Part shown: piece after piece, positions 39,043 to 49,447 of the stretch
Layout of the letters: every line of letters starts with the position of its first letter
Position numbering within the stretch: the stretch's first letter is position 1
Assembly (NCBI GenBank): GCA_963664405.1
Contig: OY761158.1
Coordinates: 2,272,001-2,336,000, forward strand
Length of the DNA: 64,000 bases
Origin: Thermoanaerobaculia bacterium
Lineage (GTDB): Bacteria; Acidobacteriota; Thermoanaerobaculia; Multivoradales; Multivoraceae
Direction: 5' to 3'
The notes under the pieces: generated by a model
Databases searched by the model: none
What the model saw: the letters and a program-made list of their open reading frames with translations, nothing else
Told to the model about the DNA's origin: nothing
Made by a program: the position numbers and the translations under genes

Positions 39043-42000
39043 GTGGTGCTCGAGGCATATGTGAAGCATTGGACCTCCATCGGCGGTGGCGAGTCCTTTG
39101 CGCGGGGGCTCCGCGTAGCGGGGCTCTTTGCGCTCGTCGGGCTCACTGCCAACGCCGGAGCCCAGCCCGGTTCGTCTTCTATCGATCCGGAAGGCCTCGA
39201 ATTCTTCGAGGCGAAGATCCGACCGGTTCTGGTCGAGAACTGCTACGGGTGCCACAACAGCGCCGACCGGCGGGAGAGCGGCCTTGCCCTCGACTCGAGA
39301 GAGGGCCTCCTTCGCGGGGGCATGAGCGGGCCAGCGATTCGCCCCGGGAACGTCCGCGCCAGCCGCCTGATCAGGGCCATCCGCTCGACCGACCCGGATC
39401 TCCGCATGCCCTTCAAGGAGCCGCGGCTCGAGAGCGAGGTCATCGCCGACATCGAGGCTTGGATCGAGATGGGGGCTCCCGACCCTCGCGATGAACCTCC
39501 CTCCGCCGAGGAGATCGCAGCCTCGACCTCCTGGGAGACCATCCGTGACCGACGCCTCGAGTGGTGGAGCTTCCAGCCGATCGCGAGCCCCGAACCGCCA
39601 CCCATCGAAGACTCGCAATGGTCTCGACACCCGGTGGACCGCTTCATCCGAGCCGACCTCGAAGCGGCCGGGCTCGAGCCGGCGGGCCTAGTCGACCCGG
39701 CGGCCTTCCTCCGACGTCTGAGCTTTCTGATCACAGGCCTGCCGCCGAGCCCGAGCGAGATCGATAATTTCGTGGCCGCCGCCGAGGAAGATCGCCAGGC
39801 CGCGGTCGAAGCGGCGACCGACCGCTATCTGGAGTCGCCAGAGTATGGAGAGCGGTGGGGGCGGCACTGGATGGACTGGATCCGCTATGCCGACTCTTAC
39901 GGTAGCGAGGGCGACCCGCGCATCCCCAACGCCTGGCGCTACCGCGACTATCTGATCCGAGCTCTCAACGCAGACGTTCCCTACGACCAACTGGTACGCG
40001 AGCACCTCGCCGGCGACCTCTTGCCGAAGCCGCGCATCGATGACGAGCTAGGCTTGAACGAGTCGACCCTGGGGGTAGCGCAGTACCGCTTCGTCATCCA
40101 CGGCTTCGGCCCCACCGACGCACTCGATGAGCTGGTGCGCTTCACCGAGAATCAGATCGACGTCGTATCCAAAGCCTTTCTGGGCTTGACCGTGGCCTGC
40201 GCGCGCTGCCACAACCACAAGTTCGACCCGATCAGCCAGAGCGACTTCTACGCCCTCTTCGGCGTCATGGCGAGCAGTCGCCCGGCGATGCTCTCGGTCG
40301 ACAGCGAAGAGCGACAGCAGGCGCACAAAGACGAGCTGCAAGCGCTGAAGCCGAGTATCCGCGCCGCCCTCGCCGAGCGTTGGCTGGCGGCGCTTCCAGA
40401 GCTGGCTCACTTCCTCCTGGACCCGTCGGAAGCCCTTCAGGAAGCCATCGACAACGCCACCAGCGACCACGATCCACTGCACCCCTGGCTACGCCTGCGC
40501 AACGTGCCGCCAGAGGACTTCGCCGCGACCTGGAGCGAGCTCAGGGGCTTCTGGAACGAGAGTCGTCGAGCGCTCGACGACAGAACCAGCGCCGACTATG
40601 AAAGGGACTGGGACCTAAGCGGACCGGACGCGAAGACCTGGTTCCGCCACGGCAACGGCTTGGCCTCGACGCCGAGCCCGCCGGGAGGGTTCCACATCCT
40701 CCCTGAAGGCGATCGGGCCGTCGACGACATCTATCCAGCCGGAATCTATAGCCACGGTCTGTCCTCGAAGCACGCCGCGATTCTCACCTCGCCGCGCTTC
40801 CGAGCGATTGCAGGGGATCTCTATCTGCGCATCGCCGGCGGCGGCCAGGCAGCCGCCCGCTACGTGGTGCAGAACTATCCGCAGCGCGGTGAAGTTTTCC
40901 CCATCGCCAACCTGGAGGACGATCCATCCGAGCGCTGGTACTCCTGGGACCTCTCCTACTGGGAAGGCGACCATCTCTACGTCGAGATGGCGACAGCCGC
41001 GGATCAACCCCTCCATGCCAAAACCGATGTCGAGCGCTCCTGGTTCGGCATCAGCCGAGCGATCGTCGCGGATGTGGGTCAGCCTCCCCCGCGGGACGAG
41101 ATGGCCGAGTTCTACGGAGATCTCTTTGTCGTCGACTCCACCCCCCAAGGTCCGGACGATCTGGCGGAACGCTATCGAGTCGCCCTGAGAACCGCCATCG
41201 AGGCCTGGCGCGACGGCGGCATGAGCGACTCTCAAGCGCGCTTTCTCGGTACCTTCGTGCACCACGATCTGCTACCGACAAGTCTCGCCGACGACACGCG
41301 CCTCGCCACGCTGGTCGCTCAGTATCGGGATATCGAGGCTTCAGTTCCCATACCGACTCGAGCTCCCGGCGTCCTCGAAGGGGACGCCTTCGATCAACCG
41401 CTTTTTCTACGCGGCAACCACAAACAGCCGGGTCCCCCGGTGCCTCGACGATTCCTCGAAGCGATCGACGACGCCCCCTATTCAGCGCCCGACTCGGGGC
41501 GCCTGGCCCTGGCCGAGAGCATCCTCCATCCGGACAATCCCCTGGCCGCGAGAGTGATCGTGAACAGGCTCTGGCACTACCTCTACGGGCACGGCCTGGT
41601 CACAACCACCGACAACTTCGGCAAGATGGGCGAGCAACCCTCGCATCCGGAGCTCCTCGACTATCTGGCGCGCCGCTTCGTCACCGAGGGGTGGTCGCTG
41701 AAAACGATGATCCGCTTTCTGGCGACGACGCGCACCCTGCAGCTGGAGAGCATCGCCGGCCCGCGGGCCGCGGATCGAGATCCAGCAAATCGACTGCTCT
41801 CGCACTCGAACCCCCGCCGACTGGAGGCAGAGGCCATTCGCGACAGCATGCTGAGCGTCGCCGGCCGCCTCGACGCCAGCCGCTTCGGTCCCTCAGTCAT
41901 GGGCAGCTCCAACCGTCGTAGCGTCTACGTCAGCGTCTATCGGAACTCGCTCGAGCCCTTCCTCGATACCTTCGACGCTCCCGACCCGGTATCGACCAAA

Positions 42001-42549
42001 GGGCGGCGCGACACGACTAACGTTCCCGCACACTCGCTGACCCTGATGAACGACCCGTTCGTCCTCGCGCTGGCTCGAGACTTCGCCGACCGTGTCACGG
42101 CCGAGACCGAGGTCGGTGCGGAACGGGTCGAGCGCATGTTCCGCTACGCCCTCGGCCGTCGGGCGAGCGCCGAAGAGACCCAGCTGGCCCTCGATTTCGT
42201 CGAGGCTGCCAAGACCCAGGAGCCCTCGCAGGATGAAGCCGACCACCCGCGACAGGCGGTCCTCGAGCGTGAAGAGCAGATCACCGAGAGAATCGCGATA
42301 CTGCGCAAGCGCCTCTCTGGGCTCTATGTGAGCAAGCCCGAACGGCGCCCCGCCTTTCTCGACGAGGGCTTCGAGCCCGAGGAGATCACAGAGGCTTGGA
42401 TCGAAGAGGCCCTTCCCTACGAGTGGTTGAGAGTCACCCAGCTCCGAGCCGAGCGAGATCAGTACCAGCTCCTGGCCGCGCCCGCCGACGGGTGGGACCA
42501 GCTGGCGCACGCCGTCTTCAACATGAAGGAGTTCATCTATGTCCGTTGA
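39043..42549 (+). CDS. planctomycete cytochrome c / DUF1549 / DUF1553 (PSD1) protein
   Basis: [41 protein letters not shown] and HPELLDYLA motifs. Confidence 0.9.
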   Translation: MVLEAYVKHWTSIGGGESFARGLRVAGLFALVGLTANAGAQPGSSSIDPEGLEFFEAKIRPVLVENCYGCHNSADRRESGLALDSREGLLRGGMSGPAIRPGNVRASRLIRAIRSTDPDLRMPFKEPRLESEVIADIEAWIEMGAPDPRDEPPSAEEIAASTSWETIRDRRLEWWSFQPIASPEPPPIEDSQWSRHPVDRFIRADLEAAGLEPAGLVDPAAFLRRLSFLITGLPPSPSEIDNFVAAAEEDRQAAVEAATDRYLESPEYGERWGRHWMDWIRYADSYGSEGDPRIPNAWRYRDYLIRALNADVPYDQLVREHLAGDLLPKPRIDDELGLNESTLGVAQYRFVIHGFGPTDALDELVRFTENQIDVVSKAFLGLTVACARCHNHKFDPISQSDFYALFGVMASSRPAMLSVDSEERQQAHKDELQALKPSIRAALAERWLAALPELAHFLLDPSEALQEAIDNATSDHDPLHPWLRLRNVPPEDFAATWSELRGFWNESRRALDDRTSADYERDWDLSGPDAKTWFRHGNGLASTPSPPGGFHILPEGDRAVDDIYPAGIYSHGLSSKHAAILTSPRFRAIAGDLYLRIAGGGQAAARYVVQNYPQRGEVFPIANLEDDPSERWYSWDLSYWEGDHLYVEMATAADQPLHAKTDVERSWFGISRAIVADVGQPPPRDEMAEFYGDLFVVDSTPQGPDDLAERYRVALRTAIEAWRDGGMSDSQARFLGTFVHHDLLPTSLADDTRLATLVAQYRDIEASVPIPTRAPGVLEGDAFDQPLFLRGNHKQPGPPVPRRFLEAIDDAPYSAPDSGRLALAESILHPDNPLAARVIVNRLWHYLYGHGLVTTTDNFGKMGEQPSHPELLDYLARRFVTEGWSLKTMIRFLATTRTLQLESIAGPRAADRDPANRLLSHSNPRRLEAEAIRDSMLSVAGRLDASRFGPSVMGSSNRRSVYVSVYRNSLEPFLDTFDAPDPVSTKGRRDTTNVPAHSLTLMNDPFVLALARDFADRVTAETEVGAERVERMFRYALGRRASAEETQLALDFVEAAKTQEPSQDEADHPRQAVLEREEQITERIAILRKRLSGLYVSKPERRPAFLDEGFEPEEITEAWIEEALPYEWLRVTQLRAERDQYQLLAAPADGWDQLAHAVFNMKEFIYVR

Positions 42550-43945
42550 TCGGGCCGGCATGACACGCCGCCAGATGCTTGCCTGTTGCTCGACCGGTTT
42601 TGGAGCCGTCGCCCTGTCGGGACTGATGCGCCCGGCGATGGCCGCCACCCGCGCGCCCCACTTCCAGCCAAAGGCCAAACACGTCATCTTCTGCTTCATG
42701 TCGGGGGGCGTCTCCCAGGTCGACAGCTTCGACCCCAAACCGCGTCTCGAGCGCGACCACGGCAAGCCGATGCCGGTAAAAGTGGAGCGCACCCAGTTCA
42801 ATCAGAACGGCAATATCTTCGCCTCGCCTTTCGAGTTCAAACGGTACGGAGAGAGCGGCATCCCGGTATCGAGCCTCTTTCCCCACATCGGAACCTGCGC
42901 CGACGACCTCTGTGTCGTGCGCTCGATGACCACCACCGTGAACGAGCACGCGCAGGGCAACTACTTTTTTCACAGCGGCTTTCCCCTCGCCGGACACCCC
43001 AGCGCCGGCGCATGGATCAACTACGGCCTCGGCAGCGAGAGCGAGAACCTGCCAGGCTTCGTCGTATTGCAGAGCGGCGACGCGACCGTCCCTCTGGGCG
43101 GCGTCGCGATCTACGGCAGTGGCTACCTCCCAGCTCAGTTTCAGGGCTCGATCATGAAGGGAGACCAGGCCAGTGCGGTGCGCAACATCCAACGCCTCGA
43201 GTCGGAAGCGACGCAGCGCAATCGCCTCGACTTCGTGCGCGGCATCGACCAGGGCTTCCTCGCCAGGCTGGGTGGAAACGCCGACATCGAAGCCGCGGTC
43301 ACAAATTATGAAACCGCCTTTCGAATGCAGGCGGAGGTGCCGGAGCTCTGCGACATCAGCGACGAGACCGAGGCGACCCGCCGGCTCTACGCTCTCGACC
43401 ACGAGCATCGGGCCACTGCGGCTTACGGACGCCAGTGTCTGCTAGCGAGAAGACTGGTCGAGCGAGGTGTCCGTTTCGTCGAGCTGAGCTGCCTCTCGCA
43501 AGGGGGCGACGGCAAGGGCAACCCATGGGATCAGCACACCGATCTCGAAGGCGGCCATAGCAGCATGGCGCTCCAGGTGGACCAGCCCATCGCCGGCCTA
43601 CTCAAGGATCTCAAGGCAAGAGGCCTCCTCGACGAGACTCTGGTCATCTGGGGTGGTGAGTTCGGACGCACACCCTTCCATCAGGGAAGCGACGGTCGCG
43701 ATCACAATCCCTACGGATTCTCGATGTGGCTTGCCGGGGGCGGCTTCAAGGGCGGACACATCTACGGCGCCACCGACGATCTCGGCTACCACGTGGTCGA
43801 AAACGAAATGACCGTCTACGATCTCTGGGCCACCGTCCTGCGCCAGCTCGGCATCGACCACTACCAGCTCACCTACCGCCACGCCGGTCGTGACTTCCGC
43901 CTCACCGACGTACACGGCCGGGTCGTCGAAGATCTCATCGTTTAG
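42539..43945 (+). CDS. DUF1501 domain protein (Tat)
   Basis: [33 protein letters not shown] and GEFGRTP motifs. Confidence 0.9.
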   Translation: MSVDRAGMTRRQMLACCSTGFGAVALSGLMRPAMAATRAPHFQPKAKHVIFCFMSGGVSQVDSFDPKPRLERDHGKPMPVKVERTQFNQNGNIFASPFEFKRYGESGIPVSSLFPHIGTCADDLCVVRSMTTTVNEHAQGNYFFHSGFPLAGHPSAGAWINYGLGSESENLPGFVVLQSGDATVPLGGVAIYGSGYLPAQFQGSIMKGDQASAVRNIQRLESEATQRNRLDFVRGIDQGFLARLGGNADIEAAVTNYETAFRMQAEVPELCDISDETEATRRLYALDHEHRATAAYGRQCLLARRLVERGVRFVELSCLSQGGDGKGNPWDQHTDLEGGHSSMALQVDQPIAGLLKDLKARGLLDETLVIWGGEFGRTPFHQGSDGRDHNPYGFSMWLAGGGFKGGHIYGATDDLGYHVVENEMTVYDLWATVLRQLGIDHYQLTYRHAGRDFRLTDVHGRVVEDLIV

Positions 43946-44017
43946 CGCATCCTACGGAAATGATCGCTATCATTTCCTACGAATGCTGAACATGGCGCCG
44001 AGGACGGCGCATCCGGA
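43946..44017. repeat. single family P unit
   Basis: TACGGAAATGATCGCTATCATTTCC...ATGGCGCCGAGGACGGCGCAT. Confidence 0.8.
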
Positions 44018-44034
44018 ACCTCCGGCGGGCAGCT

Positions 44035-45519
44035 TCAAGGATCGAGATAGCCGAGGCTGCGCAAGGCCTCGAGGTGATCCTCCCCCACCAGCTCCTCCTC
44101 CTCGCCCGGAGAGGGTTCGGGGGCCACGCCTCGACGGGTGATGTCGAGCACCTTCTGCCGTAGCTGTGCAGCGACCTCGGGGTGGCGGGCCGAGGTGTCT
44201 TCGAGCTCGCCGGGATCGGCTTGAAGATCGTAGAGGCGATCCGGCGCGTCGGTTCGCAACAGGTACTTCCAGCGATCGGTGACGAGGGCGAACACCGAAC
44301 CCGGCTCCCAACCGGATCGAACGCGGCTCGTGCGCTGCGCGAAAGCATACCCGCGAGGCTCTTCTCCCGAGAAGAGGTCCTCGCCCTCGGCCTGCGCAAG
44401 AAAGCGGGCCGAGCCCAGGTTGCCGAGGGGAGCGAGAAGCGTCGGCATGACATCGACCGTAGAAACTATGCGGGAGACTCGCCGCGGCTGTTCTCGGAGA
44501 CCCGGCGGGAAGCGCACAATCAAAGGAACATGGATGTTGTCGTTGGTAATCGTTCCGTGAGGCAGCCAGTCGTGCTGACCCAGCGACTGGCCGTGGTCCG
44601 CAGTCAGTACGACGATGGCGCGTTGCCAAAGACCCGCCCCGCGCAAGCCATCTAGGAGCTTTCCGACAGCGGCGTCGGTATAGGCGACGTCGCCGTCGTA
44701 GCGGTCGAGCATCCCCCGCGCCGAAGCACGTGTCAGCTCCGGCGCGGGATCTCCCCGCTCGCCCGTGCCGGGAGCCAGAAAACGTCGAAGCGCAGGAGGA
44801 GCGAAGCGCCGTGAAAGAGCATCGACGTCGATGTGCCGCTGGTCGATGATGCGATCGAGTAAAGCGTCATCACTGGGGGTTTTGGGCAATGACCGACGAC
44901 CGAGGTTGGGCTCGTGCGGGTCCCAAAGGTGGATCCAGACAAAAAACTGCTCCCCACGATGGACGTCGAGCCAGGCGAGAGCGCTGCTAACAGTCGCCGA
45001 GCCTCGCCGCGCGGTCCCCCTGGGCTCGTCGAAGTGATCGAAACCGGAATCGATGCCGGTAACGCCCTTCACCGGAGCTGCGCTGACGAAGGCGGCGGTC
45101 AGGTAACCGGATTGACGCAGCACTTCGGCGGCGCTCAACAGTCGACCGGAATCGGCAGAGAAGGCGCGCATCTGACGGGTGTTCCGCGTCACTCCGTGCT
45201 GATGCGGGTAGACACCACTGAACAGAGAGAGGTGGGAAGGCAGGGTGGTCGCCATCGTCGAGAAGGCGCGCTCGAAGAGCACGCCCTCGGCAGCCAGCTC
45301 GTCGATCCGTGGCGAGGTAGGCCGTGGGTAGCCGTAACTGCTCAGATGATCGGCGCGCAAGGTGTCGACCGTGATCACAACGATGACCGGCGGGGCCGAG
45401 TCCGGACCTGCCTCCCCGGGCGGAGCCGGTCGGCAAGAACAGACCGCGACCGCGCAGCCCGAGAGGAGGAGCGAGACCTTTCGAAGGCGGAAGGACAGGG
45501 ACATGGGAGGCGATGTCAC
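44035..45519 (-). CDS. sulfatase-like hydrolase
   Basis: VDTLRADHL, TLPSH, DPHEP, TADHG and LRSLGY motifs. Confidence 0.85.
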   Translation of the reverse strand: MTSPPMSLSFRLRKVSLLLSGCAVAVCSCRPAPPGEAGPDSAPPVIVVITVDTLRADHLSSYGYPRPTSPRIDELAAEGVLFERAFSTMATTLPSHLSLFSGVYPHQHGVTRNTRQMRAFSADSGRLLSAAEVLRQSGYLTAAFVSAAPVKGVTGIDSGFDHFDEPRGTARRGSATVSSALAWLDVHRGEQFFVWIHLWDPHEPNLGRRSLPKTPSDDALLDRIIDQRHIDVDALSRRFAPPALRRFLAPGTGERGDPAPELTRASARGMLDRYDGDVAYTDAAVGKLLDGLRGAGLWQRAIVVLTADHGQSLGQHDWLPHGTITNDNIHVPLIVRFPPGLREQPRRVSRIVSTVDVMPTLLAPLGNLGSARFLAQAEGEDLFSGEEPRGYAFAQRTSRVRSGWEPGSVFALVTDRWKYLLRTDAPDRLYDLQADPGELEDTSARHPEVAAQLRQKVLDITRRGVAPEPSPGEEEELVGEDHLEALRSLGYLDP

Positions 45520-45610
45520 TACTTACCGCTCTTCTGAAAGGCGCATAGGCGAGCCGGGTGCAGCGCGAAAGAATAGCACCGGCTACTCTCCCAATGGATT
45601 CGAGATCGCC

Positions 45611-46696
45611 TCAATTCGAGGAGAACGCGAAGACCGTCGTGCTCCGAAACGGCTTTTCTGGCCTCACGATCGCAGACGGAAACTCGGGCCTGTTTACCGA
45701 GTCCGGGTAGTGCTGCGTCTCCAGGCAGAACCCCACCGGATTCCCGGTATAGAGCTGAACCCCCGGCTGTGTGGTCCATACTTCCATGACTCTGCCGCTC
45801 GTCGGCTCGCGAACCCTCGCCGCCAGAACCAGCGAGTCGTCCGTGCGATTGATCACGTAGTTGTGATCGTAGAGCTTGATCTGCTCCGCCCGAGCCCCGA
45901 TCGCAATGCCCTGGGTAAAATCCAAAGGAGTCCCCTCGACCCTGGCAATCTCGCCGGTTGGAATCAACTCATCGTCCACGACGGTGTAGCGATCGGCGCC
46001 CAACCAGAGCTCGTGATCGTAAAAACTGCCCTCGCCGGCGAGATTGAAATACGCGTGGTTGGTCAGGTTCACCGCTGTCGCTTTGTCGGTACTGGCCGTG
46101 TACTCGATCCGTAGCTCATTCTCGTCATTCAGAACATAGGAAACAGAGACCACCAAAGTCCCCGGATAGCCCTCTTCGCCATCGGCGCTCGAGTAGCTGA
46201 GCTTCACCCCGGACTCGTCGTCTCCCGTCGGCAGTCGACGCGCGTCCCAAACCACTTCGTGAAATCCCTTCGCTCCACCATGGAGGTGATTCCTGCCCTC
46301 ATTGGCGGTGACCCGAAACTCCTCTCCATCAATGCTGAAACGCGCTCCGCCGATGCGATTCGCGAAGCGGCCGATGACCGCCGCGGCAGGGAATGTCCCT
46401 TCATAGGGCTCGATCGAGTCTGCGCCTGCGATTACGTTCGCCTCCCGGCCGGAAGCATCGGGAACTCGGACCTCGCTAAGAATTGCGCCATAGGTGATCA
46501 CCTTCACCTGCACACCGCCATTGTTTCTCAGTGTGAACTGCTCGACAGCTGTTCCGTCCGTCATGGTTCCGAACGGCGCCTGATCGAAGCGCTTCAACTC
46601 AGCATGCATGCAAGTAGACCCCCAAGTCGAAGCAACAACAAGGCAAGCACAAAGGGCTTGGGCATTCATCATCCTTGCAGGATTAGGAACGGGCAC
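45611..46696 (-). CDS. galM: aldose 1-epimerase (galactose mutarotase)
   Basis: GRFANRI, NHLHGG, NLTNHAYFNL and CLETQHYPDS motifs. Confidence 0.9.
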   Translation of the reverse strand: MPVPNPARMMNAQALCACLVVASTWGSTCMHAELKRFDQAPFGTMTDGTAVEQFTLRNNGGVQVKVITYGAILSEVRVPDASGREANVIAGADSIEPYEGTFPAAAVIGRFANRIGGARFSIDGEEFRVTANEGRNHLHGGAKGFHEVVWDARRLPTGDDESGVKLSYSSADGEEGYPGTLVVSVSYVLNDENELRIEYTASTDKATAVNLTNHAYFNLAGEGSFYDHELWLGADRYTVVDDELIPTGEIARVEGTPLDFTQGIAIGARAEQIKLYDHNYVINRTDDSLVLAARVREPTSGRVMEVWTTQPGVQLYTGNPVGFCLETQHYPDSVNRPEFPSAIVRPEKPFRSTTVFAFSSN

Positions 46697-49415
46697 TTCC
46701 CTCCTTGCGTTCGAAGTCGGCCTCCAAGGCCTCTTCGATACGTGCCTTTATCTCCTCCAGATGGGCGCGGCTCACATAGTCGAGCCCCCTGCGTCCCCCG
46801 CGGCCCAGAACCGAGTCCATTCGCTCTTCCAGCTCCACGAGATCGGCGCGAGCCAAGGCCGTGGCGTCGCCCGGAATCCCCGACGCCGGCGTCAGCGTCA
46901 GATCGAGCAGATGGCGCAGATGCTCACGCTGCAGGTTACGACGGAAGCTCGAGATCGACGAGCCGGTGTCGAGCTCGGACCATAGTGTCCGCCGCACTCC
47001 GATAAAGAGGTCGGCCATTGTGAAGCGCTCTTCCCCAGGAGCGAAGAGCAGCTCGAGATCCTGCAACCGCGACAACTTGAGCGGGTGATAGAGGTCGCCC
47101 AGAATGTCTCCTTGCACGCCTAACACGGTCTCGTGCAAAGGGTAGTCCAGCCGAGGAGCTTTGGCGTTACGGCCCTCGAAGTCGACGAAACGCTCGAACT
47201 GGAGCTTGCTCAAGAGCTCCGCCGGCACACGAAAAACGTCTGCCGCCCAGATACTCCCGGCCAGAAAGGCCAAGGCCGCGCGCTGCTCCACTGCCGGAAT
47301 CGGTACAAAAGGGGGGGCTCCACCCAGGTCTCCGCTATGGGCTCTGCCGTGGTAGATGCCGCCGATGTACTTCATCGCCACGTGAGCGCCTATAAAGTGG
47401 CTGCGAAAGCTGGAGCCGAAAGCACGACGTAGCACCGCGTAGCTCTCTCCCGGTACCAGGAGCTTGGCCTCCATTTTGGTCCACAACTCCTGCACAAGCT
47501 CGATCTCGCGCTCGAACCACTCCAGTGGCTGAGCGCCGAAGTCGAAACGAGTCGTTCGCGGGTCCAAAGAGCGAGCGCTGAGACCTGCATCCTCGTCGGT
47601 CGCGTACGAAAGGAACGGTTCGCCAGCTCTCTCGGCGATGCGGCGCAGCTCCGGAAGCTCGTCCTCCGGCGATGCCGCTCCGTCAATAGGCCTGTAGGCA
47701 TATTCGATAGCCCAGCGATCGTAACTGCCGACCGAGGAGTTGAAGTACTCCCCCTGCTGTTCTCCCTCGCGGGCAACGACCGGCGGAGAATAGTCCATCA
47801 CCGACGACGAAAGCCCAACCTCCCGCGTAGCCTCCGGGTCGGCAAGCTGGTCCAGGCCGTGAGCGGTGCTGCCCCGAAAGTTGTGTCGAAGGCCCAAGGT
47901 GTGGCCCACCTCGTGTGCCACGACCTGAACGACGTACTGGCGCATGAACTCTCGCTCCTTCGCTTCACTCCAGTCGGGGCGCACTGCCATCACGTCGTGA
48001 GCGAAAGAAGCCTGCTCGACGAGGCCGGTGGCGTAGTCGCAGTAACCGGAGTAGGAGCCATCGGAACCGCCACCAAAGACGCCGGGGGACAGTCCGTTCG
48101 CCGATGCCTTGAGCGCTTCGAGAGCCTGCAGCGGATGCACGTGGAGCTCGTAGCGTTGGCGGGCGCCTACGCGAAAAATGCCCTCGCTCAGGCCGATGTC
48201 CGCGTCTATCTGCTGGCCGGTGTAGGGATTCCGGTGAGAGGGCCCCACCGCAAAGGAAGCGTCGTAGGCCACAAACCATCGCAGCGTGTTGTAGCGAATG
48301 TCCGCGGGGTCCCAATCGGCATTGTCGGGTTGCTGGAGCGCCACCAGAGCATTCTTGAACCCGATACGCTCGAAGGCCGGGTTCCACAACCGTACTCCCT
48401 CCATGATCCAGTCGCGGTACTCCAATGGGATGGTGTTCTCGAGCCAAAAGGTGATGGGCTCCTCCGGCTCGGATACGGCCGCACCGGGGTCTTTCTTTTC
48501 GAGCTTCCATCTAGCCACGTAACGGACATAGGGCAGATCCGAAGTGACTCCGCTGAAGTCCATATGCATCGATAGAAAGTGGCCCACCCGATCGTCGGCC
48601 AGCCGCGGTCGGTAGCCGTTCTCGCTGAGCTCGACCAGGCTGTAGCGAAAGCGCACGCTCAAGGAGCGTGAGTCGGGCACGGTGACGGAACCCTCTTTGA
48701 CCTCCTCGGCAGTGAAAGTGGTGGCCACTCCAACCTCTGAGTTCCTGGGAAACGACTTCACCAGAACAATCGCACTGTCTTCGGCGCTGAGCTTGTAAGC
48801 GGTGTCGTACACCCTCTTGAGGTGGTCGCTCAGACCGCCGAGATCACGGTCGACCAAGAGAGCTGAGAGGTCCACGAGCACGCTCTCGCGCTCTGGATGA
48901 GGCTTCGAGAGCCTCGCTGCGGAGGCCAACACCGAATCCGAGAACGAGCTGGCGACCGCGCGCTCGGCCGGCGAGCCCGGCTCGGCACGGAAGCGGGTGT
49001 TCTTCCTTACGAACTGGACTCGTTTGCCGAGCCGGTGCCACTGAAAAACAAAGTTATCCAACATGGCGGTGCCATAGAGGCCCCGCTCGCCGGTGGCCCT
49101 TTCGACCTTGGACGAGTAGAGATAGTCCCGATCAAATTGATCGGGAGCGAGCTCCAAGAGCACCTTGCTGTCGTCGGCGTCGAGGTAGAAGGTGAAGAGT
49201 CCCTCGATCTTCTCCAGCTCCCCGACCACCTCCTCGAAGGACTTCTCTTTGTCCTTCTGGGAAGCGGCGTCATCTCCCTCCGTACCGTCCTGCTCCTCCG
49301 CTGCGGTGGCCTCGGTGCCCGACTCGGCCAGCCGTTGGGCGGCCAAGTGGATTGGCAAAACCAGCAATAACAAAAGCACGCGAGCCACGGCAACGCCGCG
49401 GATGGGGCTCTTCAT
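46683..49415 (-). CDS. secreted Zn metalloprotease (DUF5117/EcxA-like metzincin)
   Basis: Signal peptide; PRLADDRVG, HEVGHTLGLRHNF and SSVMDY motifs. Confidence 0.85.
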   Translation of the reverse strand: MKSPIRGVAVARVLLLLLVLPIHLAAQRLAESGTEATAAEEQDGTEGDDAASQKDKEKSFEEVVGELEKIEGLFTFYLDADDSKVLLELAPDQFDRDYLYSSKVERATGERGLYGTAMLDNFVFQWHRLGKRVQFVRKNTRFRAEPGSPAERAVASSFSDSVLASAARLSKPHPERESVLVDLSALLVDRDLGGLSDHLKRVYDTAYKLSAEDSAIVLVKSFPRNSEVGVATTFTAEEVKEGSVTVPDSRSLSVRFRYSLVELSENGYRPRLADDRVGHFLSMHMDFSGVTSDLPYVRYVARWKLEKKDPGAAVSEPEEPITFWLENTIPLEYRDWIMEGVRLWNPAFERIGFKNALVALQQPDNADWDPADIRYNTLRWFVAYDASFAVGPSHRNPYTGQQIDADIGLSEGIFRVGARQRYELHVHPLQALEALKASANGLSPGVFGGGSDGSYSGYCDYATGLVEQASFAHDVMAVRPDWSEAKEREFMRQYVVQVVAHEVGHTLGLRHNFRGSTAHGLDQLADPEATREVGLSSSVMDYSPPVVAREGEQQGEYFNSSVGSYDRWAIEYAYRPIDGAASPEDELPELRRIAERAGEPFLSYATDEDAGLSARSLDPRTTRFDFGAQPLEWFEREIELVQELWTKMEAKLLVPGESYAVLRRAFGSSFRSHFIGAHVAMKYIGGIYHGRAHSGDLGGAPPFVPIPAVEQRAALAFLAGSIWAADVFRVPAELLSKLQFERFVDFEGRNAKAPRLDYPLHETVLGVQGDILGDLYHPLKLSRLQDLELLFAPGEERFTMADLFIGVRRTLWSELDTGSSISSFRRNLQREHLRHLLDLTLTPASGIPGDATALARADLVELEERMDSVLGRGGRRGLDYVSRAHLEEIKARIEEALEADFERKEGSARS

Positions 49416-49447
49416 AGTCTTCTCTCCTCGTTGCACAGCGGCGCTTA

